From an uncultured archaeon (lineage in GTDB: Archaea; Iainarchaeota; Iainarchaeia; Iainarchaeales; 1-14-0-10-31-34), in NCBI GenBank assembly GCA_964608675.1, contig CAZSOZ010000001.1, positions 288,001-352,000 on the forward strand: a stretch of DNA of 64,000 nt, in the 5' to 3' direction. The position numbers were made by a program, and so were the translations under genes. Positions 29,160-40,002 of the stretch are shown in pieces (positions within the stretch are counted from its first letter, which is position 1; each line of letters starts with the position of its first letter). A model generated the notes under the pieces. The model did not search any database. It was not told where the DNA came from and saw nothing but the letters and a program-made list of their open reading frames with translations.

Positions 29160-32100
29160 TTAAAGGTATTCGTGTAATGACTTTTGTTCTATTTTGTCGT
29201 TTTTGAATACAGAGGAAATTTCTTTTTCTGCTAAATCAATTCTTTGTTTTAAGTAATCGCTTAATTCATATTCATTAATTATTTCTTTTGCAATTTTAAG
29301 GTATTTTTTAACTGAACCTTCTGCTATAGTTAAAATCAAGTTTCCTGAACATTTAGTGCATTTTCCTATTAAGGGAACCCTTCTGTATTTTGTATTACAT
29401 GAAGTGCACCGAAAATTTTGTCTTGAAAAAGCTCGTGTATTTCCAATTATGTCAGGAAAAAAATGAGACAGCATAACTCTTTCTAAGGCATCTTTTTCTT
29501 CAACTGCCTTGATTTTGTGCTGTAATTTTGCCTGCCTTTTTATTTTTTCTTCCATTGTTTTTAGTTTAACGTACATTGATTGTTTGGGTCCTTGGTCAAA
29601 TAAATCAGTGTTGTGAGTAAACATTAAATCCGAGTACTGGTTTGTTTTTCCAAGCCTTCTTTTTACTACTTCTACTTCCTTTAAGTTTGGTTCACTGTAT
29701 TCTAAAGTTTTGTAATAAAATTCTAAAGGGTATTTTGGGATTATTTCCATTTCATATACTTCGTTGTCTATTTCTGCTGGATTAAGCATTGTAGTAAAAA
29801 CTAAAGGAGCATCCATTCGTCCTCCTCTTGAACTTGGAAGATAGTGCTCTGAAAAGTTAAGCAGTGCATCCATTAACAATATAATTGAATCCTGGTCTCC
29901 GTCTGCATTTCTTCTTTTGCAGGTAATAAAATACGGGTGCCCCCAGCCTACTCTTGCTTTGCTGTAGCCTATAATTCTGCCGATTATTCCTGCAGATGTA
30001 TGGGGAGCCAAGCCAATAACCAGTTCTCCAATTAATTCTTCTTTTTGTGTTTTATTATAATATGGTTTTATTTCGTAAAATCTTTCAAGTAATTCATCAA
30101 TAAAATTTGTTGTTTTTATCAGCCAGTCTCCTGCGCCTTCATTTACTATTATGTCTTGAGGAAAAATTTCAATAATTTGTTCTTCTGATGTTATTTCTTT
30201 TCCATAAATGTCTTTTATGTACCCTAATTCTTTTGTTTTTTTTGTATTTAACCCTATTTCTTTGGGTTTAAAATGTGTTATTGGCGCATTAAGCAGTTCA
30301 AATCTTGTTGTTCCGTCTCTGAAAACATGTATTCCGTGTTTTGCTCTTAAAATTGCTTTTTCTATTGGTTCTGGTTCTTTTAAGTCTGAAATCAGTCCTT
30401 TTACTCCTTTAATTAATTCAGGCATTCTTACATTAATTTTTTGGAGTCCGTTGTAAACAGTTTCTTCCAAGTCAATTTCTCTTTCTTCTGCTTTAATCAT
30501 TTTTCCTCTGCATTGTTTGCATTCCACTGCATCTTTTTTTCCTATCCATCCGCATTTAATGCATTTGCTTATTCTTATTGTTTCAATTAAACATTTGCTG
30601 CATTTAGAAAAAGGAATTATTTTTGTGCATTTAGGGCATCTGAATAAAGCTAATTCTGTTTTAAGTTTTTTGTTTTTTGAATTAAGCAGTTCAATTGCTT
30701 TATTTATGCTTCTCGTGTTTCCCCCAAAGTTTCCTATTGGAAATAATCCATGCGGGTTTCCTTTCATTTCTCTTGGTTTTGCTTGTTCAGGTCTTCCCAT
30801 TCTTGCTCCAACAAAGCTTGCTCCTTTGTCTTTTATTTCTATTCCTGAATAATATTTCAATAAATCAAAAACGTTTTTTTCTTCTGTTTCTTCTATTTCT
30901 TTTGTGCTTAATGCTCCTAAAGTTTTAAGAAAAGAATATGCAAACTCTTCTTCAATCAGAATTTTTTCTTCTTTTATTTTGTGGGGCAAGCCAATTTTTT
31001 CCATTAATTCTTTTATGTTTTCTTTTAATTCAAATTTTGCTCCTGTTATTTTGTCTTCTTTGAATATTTTTTCTGCTTTTCTTGCTTCTTTCATTAATTT
31101 AATTATTTCTTCTGAATTTAATGCACTGTAATAATGAGTATATTTTGGATGCAGGGGAACTTCCAACTGCATGCTTAATTCAACTGCAGTGAATCCGTTC
31201 ATTTCTTTTATTTCAGGTATTGTTTCTTCGGTTTTTTTTTCTTTTAAGGCTTTTTTTAATTCCAGTTCATACCATTCTTCCACAAAAGAACTTGGAATTA
31301 AAGGATGAGAGCTTTTTCTGAAGTCCCCTAAGCTTACTAAAATGTCTCCTAAAAAAAGTATTTTTTCTATTTGAGGCTTTATTTTTTTTGCTTCTTCTTC
31401 TGAATCCAATCTCATTACATTTCTGTTTTTGAGTTTTACTATGGGGCCGTCAATTGTTGTGCAGGGAAACAATTGTGCAGCTTTTCCTGGTCTTTCAATT
31501 CTTATATGAGTGCCTACTGCAATAAAATCATCTAATACAATCATTGTTGCAGGATTAATTCCTTTTCCCATTATTCCTGTGTTTCTTCCTCTTCCATACC
31601 TTAATCTGAATCCTCCGTATTTTGTTGGATAAGCAAGCAAAGGTCTTCCTGCTGCTATGCTGTCTAAATACTTGTAATTTGGTTTTATTTCTGTTTTTGA
31701 TTCACTTATTTTTTTTACTTTGATTATTTTTTCCAGCCAGCTCCAGTCTAACTCCATTTTTTTTGCCCAGTCCATTATTTTCATTGCTTTTAATGCAACT
31801 CCTTCTGTTATAACCAATCCCATTCCGCCTCTTATTCTATTGGAGGGAACTCTTTCTAAGTCTCTGTGCACTGAAACTTCTTTTTTTTCTGTGGGAACAC
31901 CGTTAATGCATACAGGGCATCCTCTTACTATTGTTCTTATTTCGTTTTCTGAAATCTTGTACTGCCTTGAAAAAATTTCTGTTTGATAAATTGTGATTTC
32001 TTCAACATATCTTTCTATTTCTTCTTCTGTTGCCTTATATTTATCTAATTCCATTAACTTTCTTGCATAATCTCCTAAAATTAATGGAAGAACTGTTGAA

Positions 32101-32588
32101 CTTCCTCCTGCTGCTCTTATTGGGCCAGCAAAATAAATGTCTATGTATTTGCTTCCATCAGGGTTTTTGTTTATTTTTATTTCAGGGACTCCGTCTAATG
32201 GAGCAACTACAACTCCTTCGGTTTCAATTACAAGGCAGGTTTTTATGGCTTGTTCAACTCTTTTTGATTCATCAGGGATATCGCACCATTTTTCTTCTAT
32301 TATTTCTCTGCATAAAGTGAACATTATTTTAAGTCTGTCGCCTTTCGTTTCCTTGAATAATTCCCTGTATCTTTTTGCAACTCCTTTTGGTCCAATAATG
32401 TTTTCTGTTCTTTCAGCTAAATCTGCAACCGGAACACATTCAACTTTTTCGTTTAAATCCAGTTTTTTTTCTCTTGCTTTTTTTGCAATTTCATATTGTT
32501 TTTTTACTTTTGTTTCAAGTTTTTCAAAATAGTTTTTAATTTCAGGAATTGATTTAATTTCTATTTTTTCATTCATTTGCTTGTTCAC
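29160..32588 (-). CDS. polC: DNA polymerase D large subunit DP2
   Basis: AGPIRAAGG, GARMGRPE, KRRNADGDQD catalytic motif, C-terminal Zn finger and PIP box QKSLHEYL; no intein. Confidence 0.97.
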   Translation of the reverse strand: MNKQMNEKIEIKSIPEIKNYFEKLETKVKKQYEIAKKAREKKLDLNEKVECVPVADLAERTENIIGPKGVAKRYRELFKETKGDRLKIMFTLCREIIEEKWCDIPDESKRVEQAIKTCLVIETEGVVVAPLDGVPEIKINKNPDGSKYIDIYFAGPIRAAGGSSTVLPLILGDYARKLMELDKYKATEEEIERYVEEITIYQTEIFSRQYKISENEIRTIVRGCPVCINGVPTEKKEVSVHRDLERVPSNRIRGGMGLVITEGVALKAMKIMDWAKKMELDWSWLEKIIKVKKISESKTEIKPNYKYLDSIAAGRPLLAYPTKYGGFRLRYGRGRNTGIMGKGINPATMIVLDDFIAVGTHIRIERPGKAAQLFPCTTIDGPIVKLKNRNVMRLDSEEEAKKIKPQIEKILFLGDILVSLGDFRKSSHPLIPSSFVEEWYELELKKALKEKKTEETIPEIKEMNGFTAVELSMQLEVPLHPKYTHYYSALNSEEIIKLMKEARKAEKIFKEDKITGAKFELKENIKELMEKIGLPHKIKEEKILIEEEFAYSFLKTLGALSTKEIEETEEKNVFDLLKYYSGIEIKDKGASFVGARMGRPEQAKPREMKGNPHGLFPIGNFGGNTRSINKAIELLNSKNKKLKTELALFRCPKCTKIIPFSKCSKCLIETIRISKCIKCGWIGKKDAVECKQCRGKMIKAEEREIDLEETVYNGLQKINVRMPELIKGVKGLISDLKEPEPIEKAILRAKHGIHVFRDGTTRFELLNAPITHFKPKEIGLNTKKTKELGYIKDIYGKEITSEEQIIEIFPQDIIVNEGAGDWLIKTTNFIDELLERFYEIKPYYNKTQKEELIGELVIGLAPHTSAGIIGRIIGYSKARVGWGHPYFITCKRRNADGDQDSIILLMDALLNFSEHYLPSSRGGRMDAPLVFTTMLNPAEIDNEVYEMEIIPKYPLEFYYKTLEYSEPNLKEVEVVKRRLGKTNQYSDLMFTHNTDLFDQGPKQSMYVKLKTMEEKIKRQAKLQHKIKAVEEKDALERVMLSHFFPDIIGNTRAFSRQNFRCTSCNTKYRRVPLIGKCTKCSGNLILTIAEGSVKKYLKIAKEIINEYELSDYLKQRIDLAEKEISSVFKNDKIEQKSLHEYL

Positions 32589-34086
32589 TTATTTCTTTTT
32601 CTTGATAAAAATTTTTTTCAAATGTTTTGCCTGTTTTTAGTTCTAATAATATTGCTATTCCAGGAGTAGGAACATGCCCTTGTTGTGCCTGAAATTCTGT
32701 TTTTTCTTGAAAGGTTCCGCAGCTAATTATTTTTGTTCCTCTATAGGAGCCAATTGAATAATGATGCAAGTCTCCTCCTAAATAAATATCTGGGATTTCT
32801 TTGATTACCATGTAATTCTTTTTTTCAGGAACATAAGGTCTTTTTAAACCGTAAACAGGCATTAAATCCCTTTTTTTTATTAGTTCTTCTATTGCTTTTG
32901 CAGGATTTGAATAAGATAAAAAGCTGACGCTTGAATAAAGGTCATGCAATGAAGGTCCATGGTAAAATAATACTTTTAATCCTTCTATTTTTGCCCATCC
33001 AGGAGAACTCAAAAAATGAAAATTTTTTTTTGTGTATAATTCTTCTACAAATTCTTTTGGTATTGCGGGCTGAGGGTCTGCAAATCTTACTCCATCATGT
33101 TGTCCGGGAATAATAAATACTTCTATGTAATCAGGAATTTCCTGCATTAATTCAACAAATTTTTTGTATTGTTTTTTTATGTCTTTAATGCTTAATTCTT
33201 TTAATTGATCTGGATAAACTCCTATTCCATCTATGTTGTCTCCTAATACACACAAATATTTTATTTTGTTTATTATTTCTTTTTCTTTTTTGTTTTCAGT
33301 GTTTCCTTTCAGCCATAAAACAAATTTTTTAAATGAGTCTTCAAGAAAAAGCTTGCTTCCTATATGCATATCTGAAATGCAGGCAATAAAAACATCTCTT
33401 TTGCTTCCTTTAAAATTGTTTACAGGAATTTCAGGCAGAATTATTTCTTTTATTAAAATCATTTCTTCGTTTCCTTTTATTCCTTTGAATCCAATCACGT
33501 TGTCAAGCAGAATTCTTTCGCTTTCTTTTGTAAGCTGTTCATCATCTTTTAGGATTATTCCTATGCATCCTGCTTCTAAATCTTCTAATTTGAATGCAAT
33601 GTGCCCGTTTTTAGTTGTCCATTTTTCTGCAATCATTGCAATTATTTCTACTTCGTTTCCTTTTGAAACTGCTTTAAGTCTTTTTATGGGCTTGTTTGCC
33701 ATCCCTCTTTCTTTAAGCATGGATTCAATTGAAGTGAATTTATCTCTAAAAAACTCAAGAAAATTTTTTACTTTTCCTTCAGAGCATGACTGGTTGGTTA
33801 CATTGAATTCTTCTAAAATTTTGCAGTCAGCTTCAATTTCTTTTGCTTTAGAAGAAAACTCTTTTTTTTTTATTTCTTCTTTTTCAACTGAAGGCAGTTT
33901 AGTTGAATTTTGAACAATTTTTTCTTCAACTATTTTTTTTGTTAATACAAATAATCCTTTTTCTGCTGTTTCTTCAATTATTTTTTTGTAGTCTATTTCT
34001 TGTTGTATAATTAGGTCAGCCGCAGAATTTTCTATGATCAAATTTTTTTCTGATGCAAATTCAATTATTTCCTTTTTTTCTGCCAT
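32569..34086 (-). CDS. polB: DNA polymerase D small subunit DP1
   Basis: OB fold, ISDMHIGS, GDNIDGIGVYP, PGQHD and HG phosphoesterase motifs; likely start MAEKK at 34086. Confidence 0.95.
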   Translation of the reverse strand: MAEKKEIIEFASEKNLIIENSAADLIIQQEIDYKKIIEETAEKGLFVLTKKIVEEKIVQNSTKLPSVEKEEIKKKEFSSKAKEIEADCKILEEFNVTNQSCSEGKVKNFLEFFRDKFTSIESMLKERGMANKPIKRLKAVSKGNEVEIIAMIAEKWTTKNGHIAFKLEDLEAGCIGIILKDDEQLTKESERILLDNVIGFKGIKGNEEMILIKEIILPEIPVNNFKGSKRDVFIACISDMHIGSKLFLEDSFKKFVLWLKGNTENKKEKEIINKIKYLCVLGDNIDGIGVYPDQLKELSIKDIKKQYKKFVELMQEIPDYIEVFIIPGQHDGVRFADPQPAIPKEFVEELYTKKNFHFLSSPGWAKIEGLKVLFYHGPSLHDLYSSVSFLSYSNPAKAIEELIKKRDLMPVYGLKRPYVPEKKNYMVIKEIPDIYLGGDLHHYSIGSYRGTKIISCGTFQEKTEFQAQQGHVPTPGIAILLELKTGKTFEKNFYQEKEISEQANE

Positions 34087-34091
34087 TTTAA

Positions 34092-34358
34092 TTACTTTAT
34101 TTTTTCCTTTAAGTTTTCGAGTTCGCTTATTATTGTCCAAATTTCAGTTCTTGTATGCTGGGGCATGTTGATGTCGTTGCTGATGTCATCCAGCAAGTAT
34201 ATTGCTGAACTAATTTGAACTCCTAATTCTTCTTTTTTTTCTATTTTTTCTTTTGATTCTTCAACTACTTTTCTTATATTTCTTGGAACGCTTGTATCCT
34301 GAATAACTGAATCCATTAATTCAGATACAAAGCTTACATCTATTTCTTTTTTTTTCAT
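34092..34358 (-). CDS. UPF0147 family protein
   Basis: DTSVPRNIR...D.NMPQHTRT.IW signature. Confidence 0.9.
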   Translation of the reverse strand: MKKKEIDVSFVSELMDSVIQDTSVPRNIRKVVEESKEKIEKKEELGVQISSAIYLLDDISNDINMPQHTRTEIWTIISELENLKEKIK

Positions 34359-34495
34359 TTGAATCCCTCTCTAAAATCAGTTTTTGAAGCCAGATTAACT
34401 TTTGAACGGAAATTAATTTAAAATCAATTAACTTTTTTCCTATTTAAAATCAAAAAACAAAACCATTAAAAACCTGAAAACTGTTTTTTTATTGA

Positions 34496-35725
34496 ATGAA
34501 TAAATTGCTTTTGTTTTCTGTTTTCCTTCTTTTATTTTTTGGAACAGTTTATTCTGCTCCATGCATTACAGGAGATGTTATAGTTCAGCTTGAAGATCCT
34601 GCTAACAATGAAATGGTTTCTCAGGGAGAAAATTTTACAATGCAGGGAATAGCAATCGCTCCTGGAGGAGACTGCGAGGCAGACATTTATTTTGAGTATG
34701 ATGAAGGCTCAAACGGAGCAAATTTTTACAGAATAAAGGATTCAAGTTATACTCCCCCTTCAGGTCTTGAATACATTGTTGCTCCTTTTTCTTCTGGTGA
34801 TTCAACTTTTTTTGATAACCAACCTATTACTATGTCAGGCACAACTATTCCGATTACAATTAAATGCAATTCTCCGGGAACTTATCAATTAATGTTTTCA
34901 GCTTATACTACAGATTCTGCAAGTATTCTTAATTCTGATGCCAAAACAATTTATTGTTCTGCTAATGCTCCGCCGACAGGTTATTTTATTTCTCCTGCTG
35001 TCAGCACAGTTTTGTACAGGAAAACAGGAAACGGGGATTCATTTGATTATACTATTGAATGGGATGCTGAAGACAGCGAAGGAGAACCAATTACAAGCTA
35101 TGATTTAACGGTTTTCAAAAAAAATGCTTCAGGAACTTTTGATTCTTATTTTACTCACACTACTCCAAATAAAATTTATAATGTAACTATTTCAGATTAC
35201 GGAGAATTTTATTTTTCTGTAGAATTTTCTGATGGAGTAAACACAACAGTAATTGAAAGCGAGCACTTGTTTGTTGCAGAGCCGGTAAACACTTTGTCTG
35301 TTTCAGAGTTAATTGTTTTTCCTGAAGCAGTTTATGGAGACGCAGAAATAGACATTAATTTAACTGTAAGAAATTATTCTTCTGAAGAAGTTGACATTAA
35401 TGTTTTTTATTTTCATTCATTGTTTCCTGGAGGAAGCTATGAACAGTCAGTTAAAAATGTTCTTCCTTTTTCTACTGCAAAATTTCATTTAAATCATGAT
35501 TTTCTTGATTCAAATCCTGTTGATTACGGAGACTATAATATCAGAATTGTAATTCAGGATTATCTTGCAGGAACAGACACAAAAAATAATGATGTGCCTT
35601 TGCAGGTTTTTGCTCATTTTGTTGTGTTAATGCCTAATACTCCTGTTTCTTTGAATGAAACAAACTGGATTGCAGTTATTCTTGTTTGTTTGTCTGTTGT
35701 TCTGATTGTCAGAAAAAAAAGTTAA
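34496..35725 (+). CDS. Secreted Ig/CARDB-like protein with C-terminal TM and basic tail
   Basis: Signal peptide, beta-rich domains, and C-terminus PVSLNETNWIAVILVCLSVVLIVRKKS. Confidence 0.75.
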   Translation: MNKLLLFSVFLLLFFGTVYSAPCITGDVIVQLEDPANNEMVSQGENFTMQGIAIAPGGDCEADIYFEYDEGSNGANFYRIKDSSYTPPSGLEYIVAPFSSGDSTFFDNQPITMSGTTIPITIKCNSPGTYQLMFSAYTTDSASILNSDAKTIYCSANAPPTGYFISPAVSTVLYRKTGNGDSFDYTIEWDAEDSEGEPITSYDLTVFKKNASGTFDSYFTHTTPNKIYNVTISDYGEFYFSVEFSDGVNTTVIESEHLFVAEPVNTLSVSELIVFPEAVYGDAEIDINLTVRNYSSEEVDINVFYFHSLFPGGSYEQSVKNVLPFSTAKFHLNHDFLDSNPVDYGDYNIRIVIQDYLAGTDTKNNDVPLQVFAHFVVLMPNTPVSLNETNWIAVILVCLSVVLIVRKKS

Positions 35726-36690
35726 TTGATTTTTTTAAGTATTTTTGCTTTTAGTTCTTTGTCTCCTTCTCCAGTTAAAATTAATTCAAATTCAGAAAAA
35801 AGTTTTTCTGCTTTTTTTGTTTGTTCTTCTGAAACCAAGTCATTTTTGTTTAATGCAACAACAGTTTTTTTGTTTAATTTTTTTAGTTCTTCCAGCAGTT
35901 TTTTTTGTTCTTCAAGAGAAAAGCTTTCTTCGCTTAAGTCAACTGCAAATAAAATTATTCCTTCAAGATTTTTTAATGCGTTCACTGCTTTTTTTTCAAT
36001 TAAATTTCTTTCTTCTTCTTTTCTGTCTAAAAGCCCTGGAGTGTCAATTACCTGAAAGTCTTTATATTTGTCTGAAAAATACCCTAATTCTATTTTTTTT
36101 GTTGTAAACAGATAAGCCGCTATTTGAGGAGAACTTCCTGTGAGCCTTTCAAGTATTGTGGTTTTTCCTGAATTAGGAAAGCCTGCTACAATAACAGAAG
36201 GAATCAGTTTTATTTCAGGTATTTCCTTTAATTTTCTGTTTATTTCATTTAATTTTTCAATGGTTCTTTTAACATCTTTTTTTAATGACAAAATTCTTCC
36301 GTAAAAACTTTTTCTGGTTTGTTCAGGTTTTTCGCTTTTTCTTATTGAAGCAAGGTTTTTTTTCTTTAATTCTTTTATTATTGTGTTGAGTTTATATAAG
36401 TACCCTAATTCTTTTTTGAGTTCTTTTATTTCAACAAGAGATGAAATTGATTCTTTTTGGAATTCGTTTAATTCTGAAATCACAGGAAAAGAAGTTATGT
36501 ATATGTCTATTTTGTTTGTTATGTATTCTGCCATTAAATTTATTCTTGCTTTTTCTTTTGTTCTTATTAATTTGTGTTTGTTTCTTATTCCTGAAATTTT
36601 CATCGCTTCTTTTCTTGCGTAAGCCATTGCATTTTCAAATAGTTTTTCTCCGTCTAAATATTTGGCTTTTTTTATTTTCATTGCTTTCAT
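35722..36690 (-). CDS. NOG1-family GTPase
   Basis: GFPNSGKT, AYLFTTK, DTPGLLDR, NKND motifs with an N-terminal helical domain. Confidence 0.9.
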   Translation of the reverse strand: MKAMKIKKAKYLDGEKLFENAMAYARKEAMKISGIRNKHKLIRTKEKARINLMAEYITNKIDIYITSFPVISELNEFQKESISSLVEIKELKKELGYLYKLNTIIKELKKKNLASIRKSEKPEQTRKSFYGRILSLKKDVKRTIEKLNEINRKLKEIPEIKLIPSVIVAGFPNSGKTTILERLTGSSPQIAAYLFTTKKIELGYFSDKYKDFQVIDTPGLLDRKEEERNLIEKKAVNALKNLEGIILFAVDLSEESFSLEEQKKLLEELKKLNKKTVVALNKNDLVSEEQTKKAEKLFSEFELILTGEGDKELKAKILKKIN

Positions 36691-36834
36691 TTTTTTTTCT
36701 CCTGTATATTTTTTTGTTGCTTTGATTTTTTTAATTAATAACTTTTTTTAGCTTTAAATCTTTGCGTCATGAATTCTTTTTTATTCTTTTCCCAGGTTAA
36801 TTATTTTACTTTTTTAGTTTAAAGCGTGATTTAA

Positions 36835-37887
36835 ATGGATTTTTTTTCCGGCAATTATAAAATGTATTTAATTGTGCCTTTAATCCTTACTTTTGTCTTT
36901 GTTTTTATTGTTTTTGTTTCTCCGGGCATAAAGCAGGGAATTGACTTAAAAGGAGGAACCCAAATTATTATTCGTTCTAATCAGCCTGTGAATTCCTCTG
37001 AACTTGAAGTTCTTCTGGAACAAAAATTTAATTTCACTGAATTAACAATTAATTCTATTTCTTCTCCTGCTGCTCATGGAGTAACAATTCAGTTTGCAGG
37101 AGAAGAAACTCTGACTAAAGCAAAAAGTGAATTGGATTCAGCTAAAGAATTGCTGGATTCAAATCCTGAACAAGCTGAAATTCATGCCTTAAATTCAATT
37201 GCTTTTTCTTCTTTTTTTGCTGAAGTTGATTTTCAAGGGCTTTCAGGAAAAGAACTGGTTGAAAAAGCAGATGAAGCGTATTCTAAGGCAAAAGATGCAA
37301 TGAACCAGCAAATAAAAAATATTGTTGCATCTAATTTTGGATTGACAGAAGACTTCTTTTTTTCAACTAAAGAAGTTCCTCCTGTTTTAGGCAAAACTTT
37401 TTGGGATAATGCTTTGCTGGTAAGTGTTATTGCTTTAATCGGAATAATTCTTGTTATTTTCCTTTTTTTCCGTGAATTAATTCCTTCTGTTGCAGTAATT
37501 TATGCAGGAATTTTTGATGTTTTAACTGCTTTGGCTTTAATGTCTTTAACTGGAATTGCTTTAAGCCTGAATTCTATTCCTGCTCTTTTGCTGTTGGTTG
37601 GTTATAGTGTTGACACAGACATTCTTTTAACTACAAGGCTTTTAAAAAGAAAAGATAAAACTCCTAAAAAAAGAGCAATGGATTCAATGAAAACAGGTTT
37701 AACTATGACTTTTACAACTCTTTCAGCAGTTTCTGTTATGCTTGTTTTATCTTATCTTTATCAGATTGAAATAATGTTTAATATTAGTGCAGTAATTTTA
37801 TTTGGTTTAATTGGAGACTTAATTGTTACTTGGATGATGAATGCTCCGATTTTATTATGGTATGTTGAAAGGAAGGCGAAAGCATGA
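36835..37887 (+). CDS. secF: Protein translocase subunit SecF
   Basis: GIDLKGGT and GYSVDTDILL. Confidence 0.93.
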   Translation: MDFFSGNYKMYLIVPLILTFVFVFIVFVSPGIKQGIDLKGGTQIIIRSNQPVNSSELEVLLEQKFNFTELTINSISSPAAHGVTIQFAGEETLTKAKSELDSAKELLDSNPEQAEIHALNSIAFSSFFAEVDFQGLSGKELVEKADEAYSKAKDAMNQQIKNIVASNFGLTEDFFFSTKEVPPVLGKTFWDNALLVSVIALIGIILVIFLFFRELIPSVAVIYAGIFDVLTALALMSLTGIALSLNSIPALLLLVGYSVDTDILLTTRLLKRKDKTPKKRAMDSMKTGLTMTFTTLSAVSVMLVLSYLYQIEIMFNISAVILFGLIGDLIVTWMMNAPILLWYVERKAKA

Positions 37888-39503
37888 GAGATTTATTCAA
37901 GAACTGGAGGATTTTGCTTTTATTGTTTTTCTTATTTGCTTCCTTGCTTTCAGTTTCTTTTAATGGATTAAAATATGGAATTGATTTTGAAGGAGGAACC
38001 CAATTTCAGATTCACTTAGAGGAACCCTTAAATTCTCCTGAAGAAATTTCACAGATTACTTCAATTATTTCCAGAAGACTTGATTGGACTGGCCTGAAAG
38101 ACACTAAAGTGACTGCATGGGGAAATGAATTTATTATTGCTCAGGTTGCAGAAACAAACCCTGAACAGGTTGAAAGAATTGAACTGCTTTTAAAAAAACA
38201 GGGAAAATTTGAAGCAAGGCTTGAAGGAAAAACAGTTTTCACTGGCTCTGATATTGTTCATGTTTTTAAAGAGCCTCAAAAAGGCTATGGAGTACTGAAA
38301 CAACAGGATGCCTTTGAATGGCGCCTTCCTTTTATGTTAAGCCAAGAAGGTGCACAAAAATTCACTGAAATGACTTTTCATAAATGTACTATTACTGGTT
38401 TTGAACAAAACACCGGAAAAACATATGAGTGCGAAAAAACTTATTTTTTTATGGACAGACCTCATGCAGTAATTTTAGTTCCCAGAACAGTTTTTGAATC
38501 AAACAAAGAAATGCTTTTGCAGGGAAACATGGTTGAAAACATTCCTCCTAACACTGATATTGATGAATTAATTCTTAATGCAGGAACTCCTTTGATTATT
38601 TCTGATTCAAATCTTTCAGATGAAGACAAAAACAAATTAATTAATTTTTCAGAGGACTTTGAAGACGTGTTTGTTCTTCAGGGAGTTTATTCAAATGAGT
38701 TTTTGCAGGACTTGAATTCATTTGGATTCAATTTTGTTGAAATAGAAAAAGAAGAAAATATTCCTTGGATTTGGACGGCTACAGGCGCCAGAGAAATAAT
38801 TTCTTTGAGTGAAGATGTAACAAACATGAAGCCTTATGTTGAAAACATCGAAAACGCAAAAACTTATTCTGAATTAGTTATCAGAGGATTTGGAGTAAAT
38901 GAAGATGATGCTCTTGAAAAACTTTCAAATTTAACTATTCTGCTTGAATCAGGGTCTCTTCCTATTGGAGTTGAATCAATTGGAAAAGAAACAATTTCTC
39001 CTAATTTAGGCGAAGAATTTCTTGATGTTGTTATTTTAATGGGTGTGTCTGCTTTGTTGATTGTAATTCTTGTTTTGTTTTTAAGATACCGTGAACCAAA
39101 GCTGATTATTCCTATGGCTTTCACTGTTTTTTCTGAAGTTGTGATAATTCTTGGTTTTGCTTCTTTTATTAAATGGAATCTTGATCTTGCTTCTCTTGCA
39201 GGAATCATTGCAGCAGTTGGAACAGGGGTTGACCACCAAATCGTTATTTCTGATGAATTACTGCGAAAGGAAGCAGACTATGAAACTTCTTTTGTTAATC
39301 GTGTTAAAAGAGCTTTTTTCATTATTTTTGCTGCAGCCGCAACTTCTCTTGCAACCATGGCTCCAATTATTTTATTTGGTTTCGGCTTAGGAAAATTAAT
39401 TGGTTTTGCAATAACAACTATTGTAGGGGTTTTGGTAGGGGTTTTTATTACTCGGCCGGCTTTTGGTGAAATCGCAAAATACCTGTTATCAAAAGCAAAT
39501 TAA
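37884..39503 (+). CDS. secD: Protein translocase subunit SecD
   Basis: GIDFEGGT, LESGSLP, ISPNLG, GTGVDHQIVI. Confidence 0.93.
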   Translation: MRDLFKNWRILLLLFFLFASLLSVSFNGLKYGIDFEGGTQFQIHLEEPLNSPEEISQITSIISRRLDWTGLKDTKVTAWGNEFIIAQVAETNPEQVERIELLLKKQGKFEARLEGKTVFTGSDIVHVFKEPQKGYGVLKQQDAFEWRLPFMLSQEGAQKFTEMTFHKCTITGFEQNTGKTYECEKTYFFMDRPHAVILVPRTVFESNKEMLLQGNMVENIPPNTDIDELILNAGTPLIISDSNLSDEDKNKLINFSEDFEDVFVLQGVYSNEFLQDLNSFGFNFVEIEKEENIPWIWTATGAREIISLSEDVTNMKPYVENIENAKTYSELVIRGFGVNEDDALEKLSNLTILLESGSLPIGVESIGKETISPNLGEEFLDVVILMGVSALLIVILVLFLRYREPKLIIPMAFTVFSEVVIILGFASFIKWNLDLASLAGIIAAVGTGVDHQIVISDELLRKEADYETSFVNRVKRAFFIIFAAAATSLATMAPIILFGFGLGKLIGFAITTIVGVLVGVFITRPAFGEIAKYLLSKAN

Positions 39504-39504
39504 T

Positions 39505-39999
39505 TCAAAGCAGTTCATTGAATTCTTTTACTTTAGTTATTTTTTTTGTAAAATAATACCATAATCCAATAATGAATACTGCGGTTGTCATCCATGAAAT
39601 TTCGTGAAGCACTCCTATTAATTCTTCTCCAAAATTTAGTCCTGACCACAACACAAAATAAATTCTAAGCAGATTCAAAAAAAACATTATTGTTCCGGCT
39701 AAAACAAATATTTGCATTTTTTTTTTCATTTCAGGTTTTTTTAAAGAAAAAATGATTGCTGCCAGAATGCTTATGCTGATTAATCCTGTGCATGAAGGAT
39801 TAATTAAAATCTGTTTTTCTTCTAAAAAAACAAGGTTTTCCTGCAAAGGCAGTCCAAAAAAACCTGCTTGAAGAAACGCAATCCAGTTCTGCAGAAAATT
39901 TAAGGGAATACTCCAAACCAAATAATGGAGCGCTGAAAAAATCACAGTAAATTTTATCAGAAAAAATATTGTTTTATTTTCTTTTATTTTTTTAATCAT
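39505..39999 (-). CDS. Archaeosortase/exosortase family protein
   Basis: Cys-Arg-His triad pattern PSCTG...NLLRI...LHEI in a small polytopic membrane protein. Confidence 0.85.
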   Translation of the reverse strand: MIKKIKENKTIFFLIKFTVIFSALHYLVWSIPLNFLQNWIAFLQAGFFGLPLQENLVFLEEKQILINPSCTGLISISILAAIIFSLKKPEMKKKMQIFVLAGTIMFFLNLLRIYFVLWSGLNFGEELIGVLHEISWMTTAVFIIGLWYYFTKKITKVKEFNELL

Positions 40000-40002
40000 T
40001 TT

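Noticed and set aside
29160-32588. Intein in PolD DP2
   Set aside because: The length is normal and the catalytic region is continuous with no Hint motifs.
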